Shown: positions 18,551 to 28,067, counted from the first letter of the stretch. The stretch is 64,000 bases of DNA from Amycolatopsis sp. (GCA_035551175.1 DASZNR010000154.1:17194-81193), one strand, 5' to 3'. Program-made: numbers and translations. The notes: generated by a model from the sequence alone, not told the origin.

Positions 18551-19770
18551 GGCTGGACTCCTTTCGACAGGGCTTCCCGGTGCTCGGGCGCGGCGATCGC
18601 GACGAGCCGCCGTGCCCGTTCGGCCGGGTCGCAGCCGCGCAAGGCGGCCGCGCCGTACTCGGTCACCACATAGTCCACATCGGACCGCGAAGTCGTGACC
18701 ACGCCGCCGTGCAGCGCCGGGACAATCGTGGAATGCGCGCCGGCGCGAGCTCGCACGGTGATGATCGACCGCGCCCCGGTGAGCGCGGCGGCGCGGCTGA
18801 AGTCCGCCTGGCCGCCGACCGCGCCGAGGTAGGCGCCTCGGGCGATCTCGGCGCCGACCTGGCCGGTGAGATCGACCTCGATCGCGGAATTGATCGATGC
18901 CAACGAGCGCAGGCCGGCCAAAGTGGACGGTGCGTGGGTGTAGCTGGCGGGCCGGAATTCGACCGGCAGCTCCGGCAGGCGGTCGTAAAGGTCGGTGGTG
19001 CCCAGTGCTGCGCCGGTGACGATGACGCCGGGGTCGATTTCCTTGCGGGCACCGGTGAGCACGCCCTTGTCGACCAGCCGGAGGACTCCGTCGGAGATCA
19101 TCCCGGAGTGGAAGCCCAGGTCGGTGTGCCCGGTCAACGCGTCCAGCACCGCCGAGGGCAGCGAACCGACGCCCATCTGCAGGGTGTCGCCGTCCTCGAC
19201 CAGTTCGGCGACGTGCCGGGCGATGGCCAGTTCGACGTCGTCCGCGGCCTTGGCCGGGGCTTCGGCGAGCGGCCGGTCGGTTTCCACCGTGGCGGCGAAC
19301 CGCTGCAGGGGGATTTTGGGCGTGCCGGTGGTGACCGGCATCCGGTGGTTGATCTCGGCCAGCAGGACCGGAGTGTGCTCGACAGCGTCCGCGGCGTAGT
19401 CGGCGCCGACGCCGAGCGAGCACCGGCCGTCGGCGTCGGGCGGCGACACCTGGACCAGGCCGACGTCGCTGGGCAGCGAGCCTTCGGCGAACAGCCGGGG
19501 CAAGGCCGAATAGTGGCAGGGCACGACGGTCAGCCGTCCCGCCCGGCTGAGCTTGCGCAGTTCGCCGAGCGCCCCGTAGGACATCAGCTCCAGCTCGGAC
19601 GGCAGTTCGCGGGTGAGCCGCTGGTCCCAGGTGAGACCGCAGAACGCCCGGTGCGCGCCGAGGTCGCCGACCTGGTCGAGCAGGGCGTGCACGAGCGGCG
19701 TGGGCTCCGCGCTGGCCTGGCCCCACCAGATGCCGGCGCCCTCGGGAATGAAGAGCTTGAGGTCGATCAT
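18547..19770 (-). CDS. acetyl-CoA hydrolase/transferase-family CoA-transferase
   Basis: ATG 19770 overlaps the thiolase stop. 407 aa with motifs typical of 4-hydroxybutyrate/succinyl-CoA:acetate CoA-transferase C-domains (LQMGVGSLP, GGQADF). Confidence 0.8.
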   Translation of the reverse strand: MIDLKLFIPEGAGIWWGQASAEPTPLVHALLDQVGDLGAHRAFCGLTWDQRLTRELPSELELMSYGALGELRKLSRAGRLTVVPCHYSALPRLFAEGSLPSDVGLVQVSPPDADGRCSLGVGADYAADAVEHTPVLLAEINHRMPVTTGTPKIPLQRFAATVETDRPLAEAPAKAADDVELAIARHVAELVEDGDTLQMGVGSLPSAVLDALTGHTDLGFHSGMISDGVLRLVDKGVLTGARKEIDPGVIVTGAALGTTDLYDRLPELPVEFRPASYTHAPSTLAGLRSLASINSAIEVDLTGQVGAEIARGAYLGAVGGQADFSRAAALTGARSIITVRARAGAHSTIVPALHGGVVTTSRSDVDYVVTEYGAAALRGCDPAERARRLVAIAAPEHREALSKGVQP

Positions 19771-20957
19771 CCGTCGAGCCGCTGGATCAGGGTGGCGGTG
19801 CCCAGGCCGCCGCCGCAGCACATGGTCACCAGGCCGAGTTCGGCGTCCCGGCGTTCCAGCTCGGCCAGGATGGTGGCCGTCAGCCGGGAACCGGTCGCGC
19901 CGACCGGGTGGCCGAGCGCGATCGCGCCGCCGTTCACGTTCACCCGGTCCATGTCCGGCTTCAGCTCGCGCTCCCACGCCAGCACGACCGAACTGAACGC
20001 TTCGTTGACCTCGAACAGGTCGATGTCGTCGACGCTCAGCCCGTTGCGCTCCAGTATCTTCCGGGTCGCCGGAATGGGACCGGTGAGCATGATGACCGGA
20101 TCCACGCCGACGGTGGTCTGGTCGAGGATGCGAGCCCGTGCGCGCAAGCCGTGCTCGGCGGCCGCCTCCCGGGAGGCGAGCACCACGGCGGCCGCGCCAT
20201 CGGAGATCGGCGACGAACTGCCTGCGGTGATCCGACCGTTTTCCTTGCGGAAGGCGGGTTTCAGGCCCGCCAGCTTCTCCAGGTCGGTGCCGGGCCGGAT
20301 GCTCTGGTCGCCGTGCAGGTCGCCGAACGGCACGGTCTCCGCGTCGAACCGGCCTTCCGCCAGCGCCTCGGCGGCCAGCCGGTGCGAGCGGACCGCGAAC
20401 TCGTCCATCTCGGTGCGGCCGATGCCCCAGCGGTCGGCGATCAGTTCGGCGCTTTCTCCTTGGTGCACGAAGGAATACAGCTCGCGCAGTTCCTCGGGCC
20501 ACGGGTCGCCGTACAGTTCGGCGATCTTCCCTGGAGAGTCGATCGGCACGTGTCCCATGTGCTCGACTCCCCCGGCGATGACGAGGTCGTGCGTTCCCGA
20601 GCCGACCAGCCCGGCGCCCATCGCGATCGCGGTCTGCGCCGAACCGCAGCGCCGGTCGAGGGTCACTGCGGGCACTTCGGGCGGGTACCCGGCCTGCAGC
20701 CAGGCGTTGCGGCCGATGTTGCGGGACTGCTCGCCGAACGGCGCGGTGCAGCCGATCACGAGATCCTCGACCGCGCCCGGTTCGAGGCCGGTGCGCTTGA
20801 CGAGCTCGGTGTAGCAGGCGGCCAGCAGCGCGTTCGGGTGTGTGTCGCGGTACCAGCCGCGCTCCGGGTGCGACTTGCCGATCGGAGTGCGCACGGCCTC
20901 GGCGAGGAGCACCTCGCGGCCCGCCGCGAGCATCGGGCTCTTGGTGTGCTTGCTCAT
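19767..20957 (-). CDS. acetyl-CoA C-acyltransferase (thiolase)
   Basis: ATG 20957 overlaps the upstream stop. It has the active-site Cys context LDRRCGSAQ, NEAF, GGAIALGHPVGATG and the C-terminal CCGGGLG. Confidence 0.9.
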   Translation of the reverse strand: MSKHTKSPMLAAGREVLLAEAVRTPIGKSHPERGWYRDTHPNALLAACYTELVKRTGLEPGAVEDLVIGCTAPFGEQSRNIGRNAWLQAGYPPEVPAVTLDRRCGSAQTAIAMGAGLVGSGTHDLVIAGGVEHMGHVPIDSPGKIAELYGDPWPEELRELYSFVHQGESAELIADRWGIGRTEMDEFAVRSHRLAAEALAEGRFDAETVPFGDLHGDQSIRPGTDLEKLAGLKPAFRKENGRITAGSSSPISDGAAAVVLASREAAAEHGLRARARILDQTTVGVDPVIMLTGPIPATRKILERNGLSVDDIDLFEVNEAFSSVVLAWERELKPDMDRVNVNGGAIALGHPVGATGSRLTATILAELERRDAELGLVTMCCGGGLGTATLIQRLDG

Positions 20958-21697
20958 CACATCACCGTCCCGCCGTCGACCGGCAGTACCTGGCCGGTGA
21001 TGTACCCGGCCGCGCCGGACGCCATGAACACGAAGCTGCCCGCGATCTCGTCCGGATAGGCCCAGCGCCCCAGCGGAATCCGCGCGAGGGTCTTCGCTGC
21101 GAGCTTCTCGTTGCTGCGGATGTTTTCCGTCATCGGTGTGGCGGCCAGCGGCGCGAGCGCGTTCACAGTCACCTGCCGCCGGGCGAGTTCCTTGGCCAGC
21201 GACTTGGTGAGGCCGATGATGCCTGCCTTGGCGGCGCCGTAGTTCGCCTGGCCGATCGTCCCTTCCAGCCCGGCAGCGGAGGTGACGTTGATGATCCGGC
21301 CCGTGCCGTCGTCGGGCAGGTAGTCCAGCACGGCTTGGCTGCACACGAAGCTGCCGACGAGGTGGATGTCGACGATGCGCCGGAACGCTTCCTCGGTCAT
21401 CTTCGGGAACATCGCGGGCGCGATCGCCCCGGCGTTGTTGACCAGAATGTGCAGCGTGCCGTCTGTAAGAGCCGCGGCCTGCTTCGCCGCCTCTTGCGCA
21501 CCAGCGGCGTCGCGGACGTCGAGGGCGCGGTACTCGGCCTTCTCGCCAATGCTCTCGGCCGTGGCTTTCGCGGCCTGCTCGTCGATATCGGTGACCAGCA
21601 CGCGCGCCCCGGCGGCGGCGAAGGCACGGGCCACGGCGGCGCCGATCCCGCTGCCGGCCCCGGTGACGAGCGCGGATCGGTTGTCCAGTCCGAACAT
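20957..21697 (-). CDS. SDR (3-hydroxyacyl-CoA / 3-oxoacyl reductase-like)
   Basis: 246 aa with TGAGSGIG, NNAG, YGAAKAG and ITGQVLPVDGG. Confidence 0.9.
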   Translation of the reverse strand: MFGLDNRSALVTGAGSGIGAAVARAFAAAGARVLVTDIDEQAAKATAESIGEKAEYRALDVRDAAGAQEAAKQAAALTDGTLHILVNNAGAIAPAMFPKMTEEAFRRIVDIHLVGSFVCSQAVLDYLPDDGTGRIINVTSAAGLEGTIGQANYGAAKAGIIGLTKSLAKELARRQVTVNALAPLAATPMTENIRSNEKLAAKTLARIPLGRWAYPDEIAGSFVFMASGAAGYITGQVLPVDGGTVM

Positions 21698-22863
21698 CAG
21701 TAGCTCCTCGGCAGTCCGAGCACGTGCGAGCCGAGATAGTTGAGCACCATCTCCTGGCTCAGCGGTGCGATCTTGAGCAGGCGGGCCTCGCGGAAGTACC
21801 GGGCGACGTGGTACTCCTCGGAGTAGCCCATCCCGCCGTGTGTCTGCAGCGCGCGGTCCGCAGCCTGGAAACCTGCGTCAGCACAGAGATACTTGGCGGT
21901 GTTCGCCTCGCGGCCGCAGGGTTTTCCGTTGTCGTAGAGCCAGGTCGCCTTGCGCAGGGCCAGTTCCGCCGCGTCGAGCCGCGCCAGCGAGTCCGCGAGC
22001 GGGAACTGCAGCCCCTGGTTCATCCCGATCGGACGGCCGAACACCTCGCGTTCGTTGCCGTAGCGCACCGCGGCGCGCAACGCCGCCCGGCCGAGCCCGA
22101 GCGCTTCCGCGGCGACCAGCATCCGCTCCGGGTTGAGCCCGTCGAGGATGTACTTGAACCCCTTGCCCTCTTCGCCGACCCGGTCCTCGGCCGGGATCCG
22201 CAGATCGTCGATGAACAGCTCGTTGGAGGTGACTGCGTTGCGGCCCATCTTCTTGATCGGCCGGATGTCCACTTTGGACCGGTCGAGATCAGTCAGGAAC
22301 AGGGTGAGCCCGTCGGTCTTCTTCTCCGCGTCCTCGAACTTCGTGGTCCGGGTCAGCAGCAGGATCTTCTCCGACTCGACAGCCTTCGAGATCCATACCT
22401 TGCGCCCGTTGACCACGTACTCGTCGCCTTCGCGGCGAGCGAACGTGGTGATCTTCGTGGTGTCCAGGCCCGCGCCGGGCTCGGTGACACCGAAGCACAC
22501 GTGCAAGTCGCCGTTGACGATCCGCGGCAATGTGCGCCGTTTCAGCTCCTCGGACCCGTGCACGATCACCGGATGCATGCCGAAGATCGACAGGTGCATC
22601 GAGCTGGCCGCGTTCATCCCGCCGCCGGACGCGGAGACCTCTTCGAGCAGCAGCGCCGCCTCGGTGATGCCGAAACCGTGGCCGCCGTACTCCTCCGGCG
22701 TGGTGATGCCGAGCCAGCCGCCTTTGGCGAACGCGTCGTAGAACTCGGCGGGGAACTCGTGGGCAGCGTCCTTCTCGAGCCAGTACTGGTCGTCGAATTT
22801 CCCGGCCAGCTCCGCCACCGCCTTGCGGATGGTGGCCTGGTCCTCGGTCAGCTCAAAGTCCAC
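21697..22863 (-). CDS. acyl-CoA dehydrogenase
   Basis: I prefer GTG 22863 (VDFELTEDQ), which is preceded by GGGAGAA. The track start 22881 is also a GTG. ACAD motifs are GVTEPGAGLD and GRKVWIS. Confidence 0.9.
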   Translation of the reverse strand: MDFELTEDQATIRKAVAELAGKFDDQYWLEKDAAHEFPAEFYDAFAKGGWLGITTPEEYGGHGFGITEAALLLEEVSASGGGMNAASSMHLSIFGMHPVIVHGSEELKRRTLPRIVNGDLHVCFGVTEPGAGLDTTKITTFARREGDEYVVNGRKVWISKAVESEKILLLTRTTKFEDAEKKTDGLTLFLTDLDRSKVDIRPIKKMGRNAVTSNELFIDDLRIPAEDRVGEEGKGFKYILDGLNPERMLVAAEALGLGRAALRAAVRYGNEREVFGRPIGMNQGLQFPLADSLARLDAAELALRKATWLYDNGKPCGREANTAKYLCADAGFQAADRALQTHGGMGYSEEYHVARYFREARLLKIAPLSQEMVLNYLGSHVLGLPRSY

Positions 22864-22885
22864 AGCGGTTCTCCCAAGCACTTGA

Positions 22886-22918
22886 TTTGGGCTAACTATA
22901 TCAAAGGACTGACCAAAA
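22886..22918 (-). promoter_or_regulatory. promoter/operator module (class 1): minus-strand TTTTGGTCAGTCC-N-TATAGT-TAGCCC
   Basis: AT-rich island 23 nt upstream of GTG 22863. It is collinear with the module at 28023-28057. It contains the GntR/FadR-like half-palindrome GGTCAGTCC and a -10-like TATAGT. Confidence 0.5.
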
Positions 22919-22962
22919 CTGTAGGCGTCGGCCAGCGCGCGGCGGAACGGAATCAGGGTCGG

Positions 22963-24012
22963 TCAGGCCGCGGGCAACAGGGGCAGTTCGCGCGCCAGCC
23001 GCTCGTTCCACACCGCCGGGGCGCCGAACAGGCTGCCGTTGAGCTTGGCGCGCTTGTAGAACAACTGCAGGTCGTGTTCCCAGGTGTAGCCGATCGCGCC
23101 GTGCATGGTCAGCGCGCTGTCCGCGGCACGCACTGCTTCGGCGCACACCTGAGCCTTCGCCGCCGCCGCGTGCAGGACGTAGTCCTCGTGCTCCTGCTCG
23201 ACCGCCGCGGCGGCGTAGTAGACCAGCGACCGGGCCGACTCGACGGTGACCAGCATCGTCGCCGCGGCGTGCTTGACCGCCTGGAACGACCCGATCGGAA
23301 CGCCGAACTGCTTTCGCTGCTTGCTGTACTCCACCGCGAGTTCGAGCATCCGCTCCGCGGCGCCCAGACTGTCCGCGGCGACGAGAACCGCTGCCCGCAG
23401 CGCGATTCGCGACAGCTCAGCGACAGGCAAGGACAACTCGGTCCCGTGTGCGCCGTCGAGCACGACATCCGCCACCGAGCGGCTGCGGTCGAGCAACGCG
23501 CGCCGGGTGAGCGAAGCCTCCTCGGCGTCCACCAGGTAGAGCCGCCCGCCGGCGGGCACCACGAACCGGCGGGCCCGGTCCGCCGCGAGCACCAGGGGCA
23601 CAGTGCCGCGCAGGGTTCCACCCTCGGCGACCACCGTCGTCGCAGCGTCGACCGGCTTCCCCGCGCTGACCGCGAGCGCCACGAATTCCCCCTCGGTCAA
23701 GCAGGCTTCCGCCGTCTCGGCGGGCAGCACCGGTGCCGCCAGCACCGAAGCCAGCCACGCCGAAGAAGGCGCCGCCGCCCTGCCCAGCTGTTCCGCCGCC
23801 AAAGCCAGGTCCAGCAAACCGCCGCCCTGGCCGCCCAGCGATTCCGGCGATCCGACGGAAAACCAGCCTTCCTCGACGAACCGCCGCTCGAAGGGGGCGC
23901 TGTCGCCGCTGTCGAGCCAGCCGCGGACGTCTTCGGCGGCGGCGAAGCGTTCCAGCCAGCCCCGGAAGGCGTCCTGGAACAGCTCCTGATCTTCGGTCAA
24001 TGTCCACCGCAT
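22963..24012 (-). CDS. acyl-CoA dehydrogenase-family protein, probably a non-catalytic beta-type subunit
   Basis: 349 aa. The C-terminus HGAIGYTWEHDLQLFYKRAK lacks the YEGT catalytic region and resembles FadE27/29-type beta subunits of heteromeric ACADs (from memory). Confidence 0.85.
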   Translation of the reverse strand: MRWTLTEDQELFQDAFRGWLERFAAAEDVRGWLDSGDSAPFERRFVEEGWFSVGSPESLGGQGGGLLDLALAAEQLGRAAAPSSAWLASVLAAPVLPAETAEACLTEGEFVALAVSAGKPVDAATTVVAEGGTLRGTVPLVLAADRARRFVVPAGGRLYLVDAEEASLTRRALLDRSRSVADVVLDGAHGTELSLPVAELSRIALRAAVLVAADSLGAAERMLELAVEYSKQRKQFGVPIGSFQAVKHAAATMLVTVESARSLVYYAAAAVEQEHEDYVLHAAAAKAQVCAEAVRAADSALTMHGAIGYTWEHDLQLFYKRAKLNGSLFGAPAVWNERLARELPLLPAA

Positions 24013-24084
24013 TGCTCGTGCCTTTCGCCGTTGACGTCACGATTGCTGGTTCAATACGACCCGACCCGGGAAAAATGGTAACTT

Positions 24085-24095
24085 AGGTCAGACCT
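24085..24095. promoter_or_regulatory. perfect palindrome AGGTCAGACCT (FadR/GntR-type operator candidate)
   Basis: It lies in the 109-nt divergent gap between ACAD (start 24012, minus) and the GntR gene (start 24122, plus). The core TGGTCnGACC-like sequence fits the FadR box as I recall it. Confidence 0.6.
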
Positions 24096-24121
24096 TTAGG
24101 CCAAAGAGTGGGGAGACTGAC

Positions 24122-24901
24122 ATGGCGGGCACCCGCCCCCCGGCAACCAGCACCGGCCGCTCGGCGGTGCGCCTGGCGCCCATGGAGGTGCCCAAGGCTT
24201 CTGATGTGCTGGCCGACGACCTGCGGGAACGCATCCTCGAGGGCGAGTTCGAGGAAGGCACCGCGCTGCCGACCGAGCGCGACCTCGTCACCCAGACCCG
24301 GATGAGCCGCACCACCGTCCGCGAGGCACTGCGCATCCTGGAGGTCCAGGGCCTGGTCCGGATCAAGGCCGGCCGCGGCGGCGGCGCCTTCGTCCAGCGG
24401 CCGGGCAAGGAGTCCGTGGCCAGCTCGGTGAACCTGCTCATCCGCGGCCAGCGGGTCCGGCTCGCCGCCCTGCTGGAGACCCGCGAAGCGATCGAGCCGT
24501 TCTGCGCGAAGCTGGCGGCGCAGCACCGCACCGACGCCGACCTGGCCCGGCTCGACGCGGCCAACAAGGCGATCGCGGACGAAACCGGCAGCCTGGCCGA
24601 TTTCCTCCAGGCCAACGTCGACTGGCACGTCGCGGTCGCCACCGCCAGCCACAACGAGCTGCTGATGGGGCTGATGTCGGCGCTGTCCACGGCGATCTAC
24701 ACGGCCACCGAGAACGAGACGTTCGTCGACGACGAGGTCCGCCGCACCACGGTGCGCGCGCACAAGTCGATCACCACGGCCATCCGGGCCAAGGACCCGG
24801 ACGCCGCGGTCCGCCGGATGAACCGGCACGTGCACTCCTACGCCCAGGCGGTGCTCGAGGTGGACGAACGCACGGAGATCCCGGTCCCCGGCGAGAACTG
24901 A
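24122..24901 (+). CDS. GntR-family transcriptional regulator, FadR/FCD subfamily
   Basis: The N-terminal wHTH is LPTERDLVTQTRMSRTTVREALRILEVQGLV, followed by an all-helical C-terminal domain. An alternative start is at MEVPK (24182). Confidence 0.85.
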   Translation: MAGTRPPATSTGRSAVRLAPMEVPKASDVLADDLRERILEGEFEEGTALPTERDLVTQTRMSRTTVREALRILEVQGLVRIKAGRGGGAFVQRPGKESVASSVNLLIRGQRVRLAALLETREAIEPFCAKLAAQHRTDADLARLDAANKAIADETGSLADFLQANVDWHVAVATASHNELLMGLMSALSTAIYTATENETFVDDEVRRTTVRAHKSITTAIRAKDPDAAVRRMNRHVHSYAQAVLEVDERTEIPVPGEN

Positions 24902-24903
24902 GC

Positions 24904-26826
24904 TCACGGCCGCACGAGCGCGCGGATCTCCCCGACCGCCTCGGGGTTTTCCGCGCCGGACAGGTCGCCGGGGTCGGTGCCCAGCACGGCGGCCCGGACC
25001 GCGCGGCGCAGGATCTTCGCCGAGCGAGTCTTGGGCAGCTGCGCCACGCGGTACACCGCCGACGGAGCGAACGGCTTGCCGAGTTCCTCGGCGACCATTT
25101 CGCGCAGCTTCGCCGACACGTCCTCCCCCGCCCCCGGGCGGGGGACCCAGAACGCCCAGACCGCTTCGCCCTTCTTAGCGTCGGGCACCCCGACCGCGGC
25201 GGCTTCGGCGACCGCGGGATGCGCGGCGAGCACCGCTTCGACCTCGGCAGGGGCGAGCCGTTTGCCCGCCACGTTCATCACGTCGTCGGAGCGGCCGCGC
25301 AGGAACCACTGCCCGTCAGCGTCGACCAGCGCGTAATCGCCGTGCCGCCACATCCCGGGGAACGTCGACCAGTACGCCTCCAGGTAGCGCTCGTCGTCCT
25401 TCCACACCCCGCGGGTCATCGCGGGCCACGGCTGGCGGCAGACGAGTTCGCCGATCTCGCCGCGGACCGGTTTCCCGGCGTCGTCGACCACGTCCACGTC
25501 CATGCCCAGCGAAGGGCCGCCGAGCGAGCAGCTGCGGATTTCCTCCACCGGGTACGGCGCGAGGAACGAGCCGCCCACCTCCGTGCCGCCGGAGAAGTTG
25601 ATGATCGGCACCCGGCCGCCGAACACGTCGCGGGCCAGCCATTCGTAGGAGTCCGGGTCCCAGGGTTCGCCGGTCGAGCCGAGCACATGCACCGCGGACA
25701 GATCGAACCCGCTCAGATCGGCCTTCTCGCTCGTGCGCAGGGTGCGGATGAGCGTCGGCGACACGCCGAGCATGGTCACCCGGTGCCGCTGCGCCAGATC
25801 CCACAACCGGTTCAAGTCCGGCACGTCCGGCGAGCCCTCGTAGAGCAGCAGGGTCGCGCCGTTGGCGTGCGTGCCGACGATCGACAGCGGGCCCATGATC
25901 CAGCCCATGTCGGTGACCCAGCAGAACACGCCGCTCTCGCTGACGTCGAAGGAATAGGCCACCTCGCTGGCGGTCTTCACCAGGAACCCGGCGTGCGTGT
26001 GGACCGCGCCCTTGGGCTTGCCGGTGGTGCCGGACGTGTAGGCCAGCAGCAACGGATCGGCGGCGGACATCGCCTCGACCGGCCCCGGGTCGCCAGCGGG
26101 GAGCTGCGACCACAACACGTCCTTCGGGGTGCTGGGTTTCGGCTCCGCGGTCAGGTTTCCGACGAGCAGCACGTGCTCCACGGTCGGACACGACGCCAAA
26201 GCCTCGTCCAGCAACGGCTTCATCGCGACTTCCCGGCGCCGGCGCACGGTTCCGTCGGCGACGACGACCGCTTTGGCGTCGGCGTCCTGCAACCGCGACG
26301 CGATCGCCGTGGGCGCGAATCCGGAGAACAAGGGAACAAGCACTGCTCCGAGACGCGCCACGGCGTAGACGGCCACCACCGCTTCCGGGATCATCGGCAG
26401 GAACAGTCCCACCGCGTCGCCGCGGCCGATGCCCAGCGCGCGCAGTCCGGCGGCCACCCGCTCCACTTCGGACACCAACTCGCCGTAGGTCAGCTTCCGG
26501 ACCGTGCCGTCCTCCGCCTCGTGCACGACGGCGTCGCGCTCGGGCGGCTTCTCCGCCCAGCGCGTCAGGCAGGCGTCGACGATGTTCAGCTCGCCGCCGA
26601 CGAACCAGTCCGGCCACTCCGCACCGCGCGACAGGTCCACCACCTGCGAGTACGGCTTACGGAAGGGCAGGCCGAGGTCTCGCACGACGGCGTCCCAGTA
26701 CCAGCCGATGTCCTCGACCGACCGCGCGCGCAGTTCGGCCAGGGAGTCCGCGCCGTGCGTGCGGGCGAGCCGCGTGACGTTGGCGTTCTCGACGTAGTCG
26801 TCGGTGGGAACCCAGGTGTAGACCAC
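24904..26826 (-). CDS. AMP-forming acyl-CoA synthetase (Acs / acetoacetyl-CoA-synthetase-like, 640 aa)
   Basis: Motifs are YTSGTTGKPKG, GEPW, DVMNVAGKR and the C-terminal KTRSAKILRR. Confidence 0.9.
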   Translation of the reverse strand: MVYTWVPTDDYVENANVTRLARTHGADSLAELRARSVEDIGWYWDAVVRDLGLPFRKPYSQVVDLSRGAEWPDWFVGGELNIVDACLTRWAEKPPERDAVVHEAEDGTVRKLTYGELVSEVERVAAGLRALGIGRGDAVGLFLPMIPEAVVAVYAVARLGAVLVPLFSGFAPTAIASRLQDADAKAVVVADGTVRRRREVAMKPLLDEALASCPTVEHVLLVGNLTAEPKPSTPKDVLWSQLPAGDPGPVEAMSAADPLLLAYTSGTTGKPKGAVHTHAGFLVKTASEVAYSFDVSESGVFCWVTDMGWIMGPLSIVGTHANGATLLLYEGSPDVPDLNRLWDLAQRHRVTMLGVSPTLIRTLRTSEKADLSGFDLSAVHVLGSTGEPWDPDSYEWLARDVFGGRVPIINFSGGTEVGGSFLAPYPVEEIRSCSLGGPSLGMDVDVVDDAGKPVRGEIGELVCRQPWPAMTRGVWKDDERYLEAYWSTFPGMWRHGDYALVDADGQWFLRGRSDDVMNVAGKRLAPAEVEAVLAAHPAVAEAAAVGVPDAKKGEAVWAFWVPRPGAGEDVSAKLREMVAEELGKPFAPSAVYRVAQLPKTRSAKILRRAVRAAVLGTDPGDLSGAENPEAVGEIRALVRP

Positions 26827-26830
26827 GGTG

Positions 26831-28003
26831 TCAGCTCCTCGGCATGCCGAGCATCCGCTCGGCCAGGATGTTGCGCTGGATGAAGGTCGAACCGCCCGCG
26901 ATGGCGGTGCCGCGGGCCTGGTAGGCCAGCCGGAGCCACCGCGAGCCGGCTTGCTCGTCGTCGAGGCCGAACTGGTCGCCGAGCGGATCCAGCGACAGCC
27001 GGAAGTCGGCGAGATCCTCCACCAGCGGGCAGAAGTACAGCTTGCCGATCGAGGTGACCGGCCCGGGCGGGCCGCCCTCGGCGGCGAGCGTGACCACCCG
27101 CTGGCCGATCAGCCGGTGCGTCAACGCGCGGCCGTAGAGATCGGCGATCTTCTGCCGGACCACCGGGTCCGCGCCGAGCGGCTCGCCGTTTTCGCCGGTG
27201 CGGGCGGCGATGCCGGCGACGATGTCCTCCACCGCGCGGCGCGTGTTGACCCGGCCGGTCGCGATGGCGACCCGCTCGTAGCCCAGCGTCCCCATCGCGA
27301 CCCGCCAGCCGCCGTCGACTTCCCCGACGACGAGCTCATCAGGGATGAACACGCCGTCGAGGAAAACCTCGTTGAATTCGGCCTCGCCGAGCATGTGCTC
27401 CAGCGGCCGCACGGTGACCCCCGGGCTGTCCATCGGCAGCAGGAAGTACGTGATGCCCTTGTGCCGCGGGCCGCCGCCGGTGCGGGCGAGCAGGATCGCG
27501 TGCGCGGCCAGCTGCGCGCGGCTGGTCCAGATCTTCTGCCCGTCGATCCGCCAGCCGCCCTCGGTCCTGGTCGCCTTGGTGCGCAGCGAGGCCAGGTCGG
27601 AACCGGCCTCGGGCTCGGAGAACAGCTGGCACCAGATCTCTTCGCCGGTCAGGATCGGGCGCAGGAACCGTTCTTTCTGCGCGTCGGTGCCGAAGCCGGC
27701 GATCGTGGGCCCGGCGAAGTCCTCGCCGATGATGTTGAGCCGCTCCGGCGCGCCCGCGCGGTCGGTTTCGTCGGTGAACACCGCGCGCAGTTTCTCGTCG
27801 ACGCCACGGCCGCCGTATTCGGCAGGCCAGGACAGCCCGGCGTAGCCGGCGTCGAACAGCATCTGCTGCCACTGCCGCCAGAACGGCAGCTTTCCCTCCA
27901 GGTCCGGCGGTTCGGGCCAGGGCAGTTTCGGCAGCGCGCTGCCGAGCCAGTCCCTGATCTCCGCCCGGAACCGGGCCTCTTCGGGCGAGTCCGCGAGCTC
28001 CAT
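26831..28003 (-). CDS. acyl-CoA dehydrogenase (FadE26/28-like alpha-type)
   Basis: 390 aa with CQLFSEPEAGSD and GQKIWTS. The C-terminal AGGSTFIQRNI has Gly where the MCAD-type catalytic Glu sits, as in ACADs that use an alternative base. Confidence 0.9.
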   Translation of the reverse strand: MELADSPEEARFRAEIRDWLGSALPKLPWPEPPDLEGKLPFWRQWQQMLFDAGYAGLSWPAEYGGRGVDEKLRAVFTDETDRAGAPERLNIIGEDFAGPTIAGFGTDAQKERFLRPILTGEEIWCQLFSEPEAGSDLASLRTKATRTEGGWRIDGQKIWTSRAQLAAHAILLARTGGGPRHKGITYFLLPMDSPGVTVRPLEHMLGEAEFNEVFLDGVFIPDELVVGEVDGGWRVAMGTLGYERVAIATGRVNTRRAVEDIVAGIAARTGENGEPLGADPVVRQKIADLYGRALTHRLIGQRVVTLAAEGGPPGPVTSIGKLYFCPLVEDLADFRLSLDPLGDQFGLDDEQAGSRWLRLAYQARGTAIAGGSTFIQRNILAERMLGMPRS

Positions 28004-28022
28004 GGGTCAACCCTTCACGTCG

Positions 28023-28057
28023 TTTCGGGCTAATGATACTATAGGTCAGACCAAAAA
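28023..28057. promoter_or_regulatory. divergent promoter/operator module (class 1) with GGTCAGACC palindrome
   Basis: TTTCGGGCTAATGATACTATAGGTCAGACCAAAAA lies in the 64-nt gap between ACAD (28003, minus) and the MaoC gene (28068, plus). It has face-to-face -10-like TACTAT/TATAGT boxes and is collinear with 22886-22918. Confidence 0.55.
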
Positions 28058-28067
28058 GGGAGGTGCG

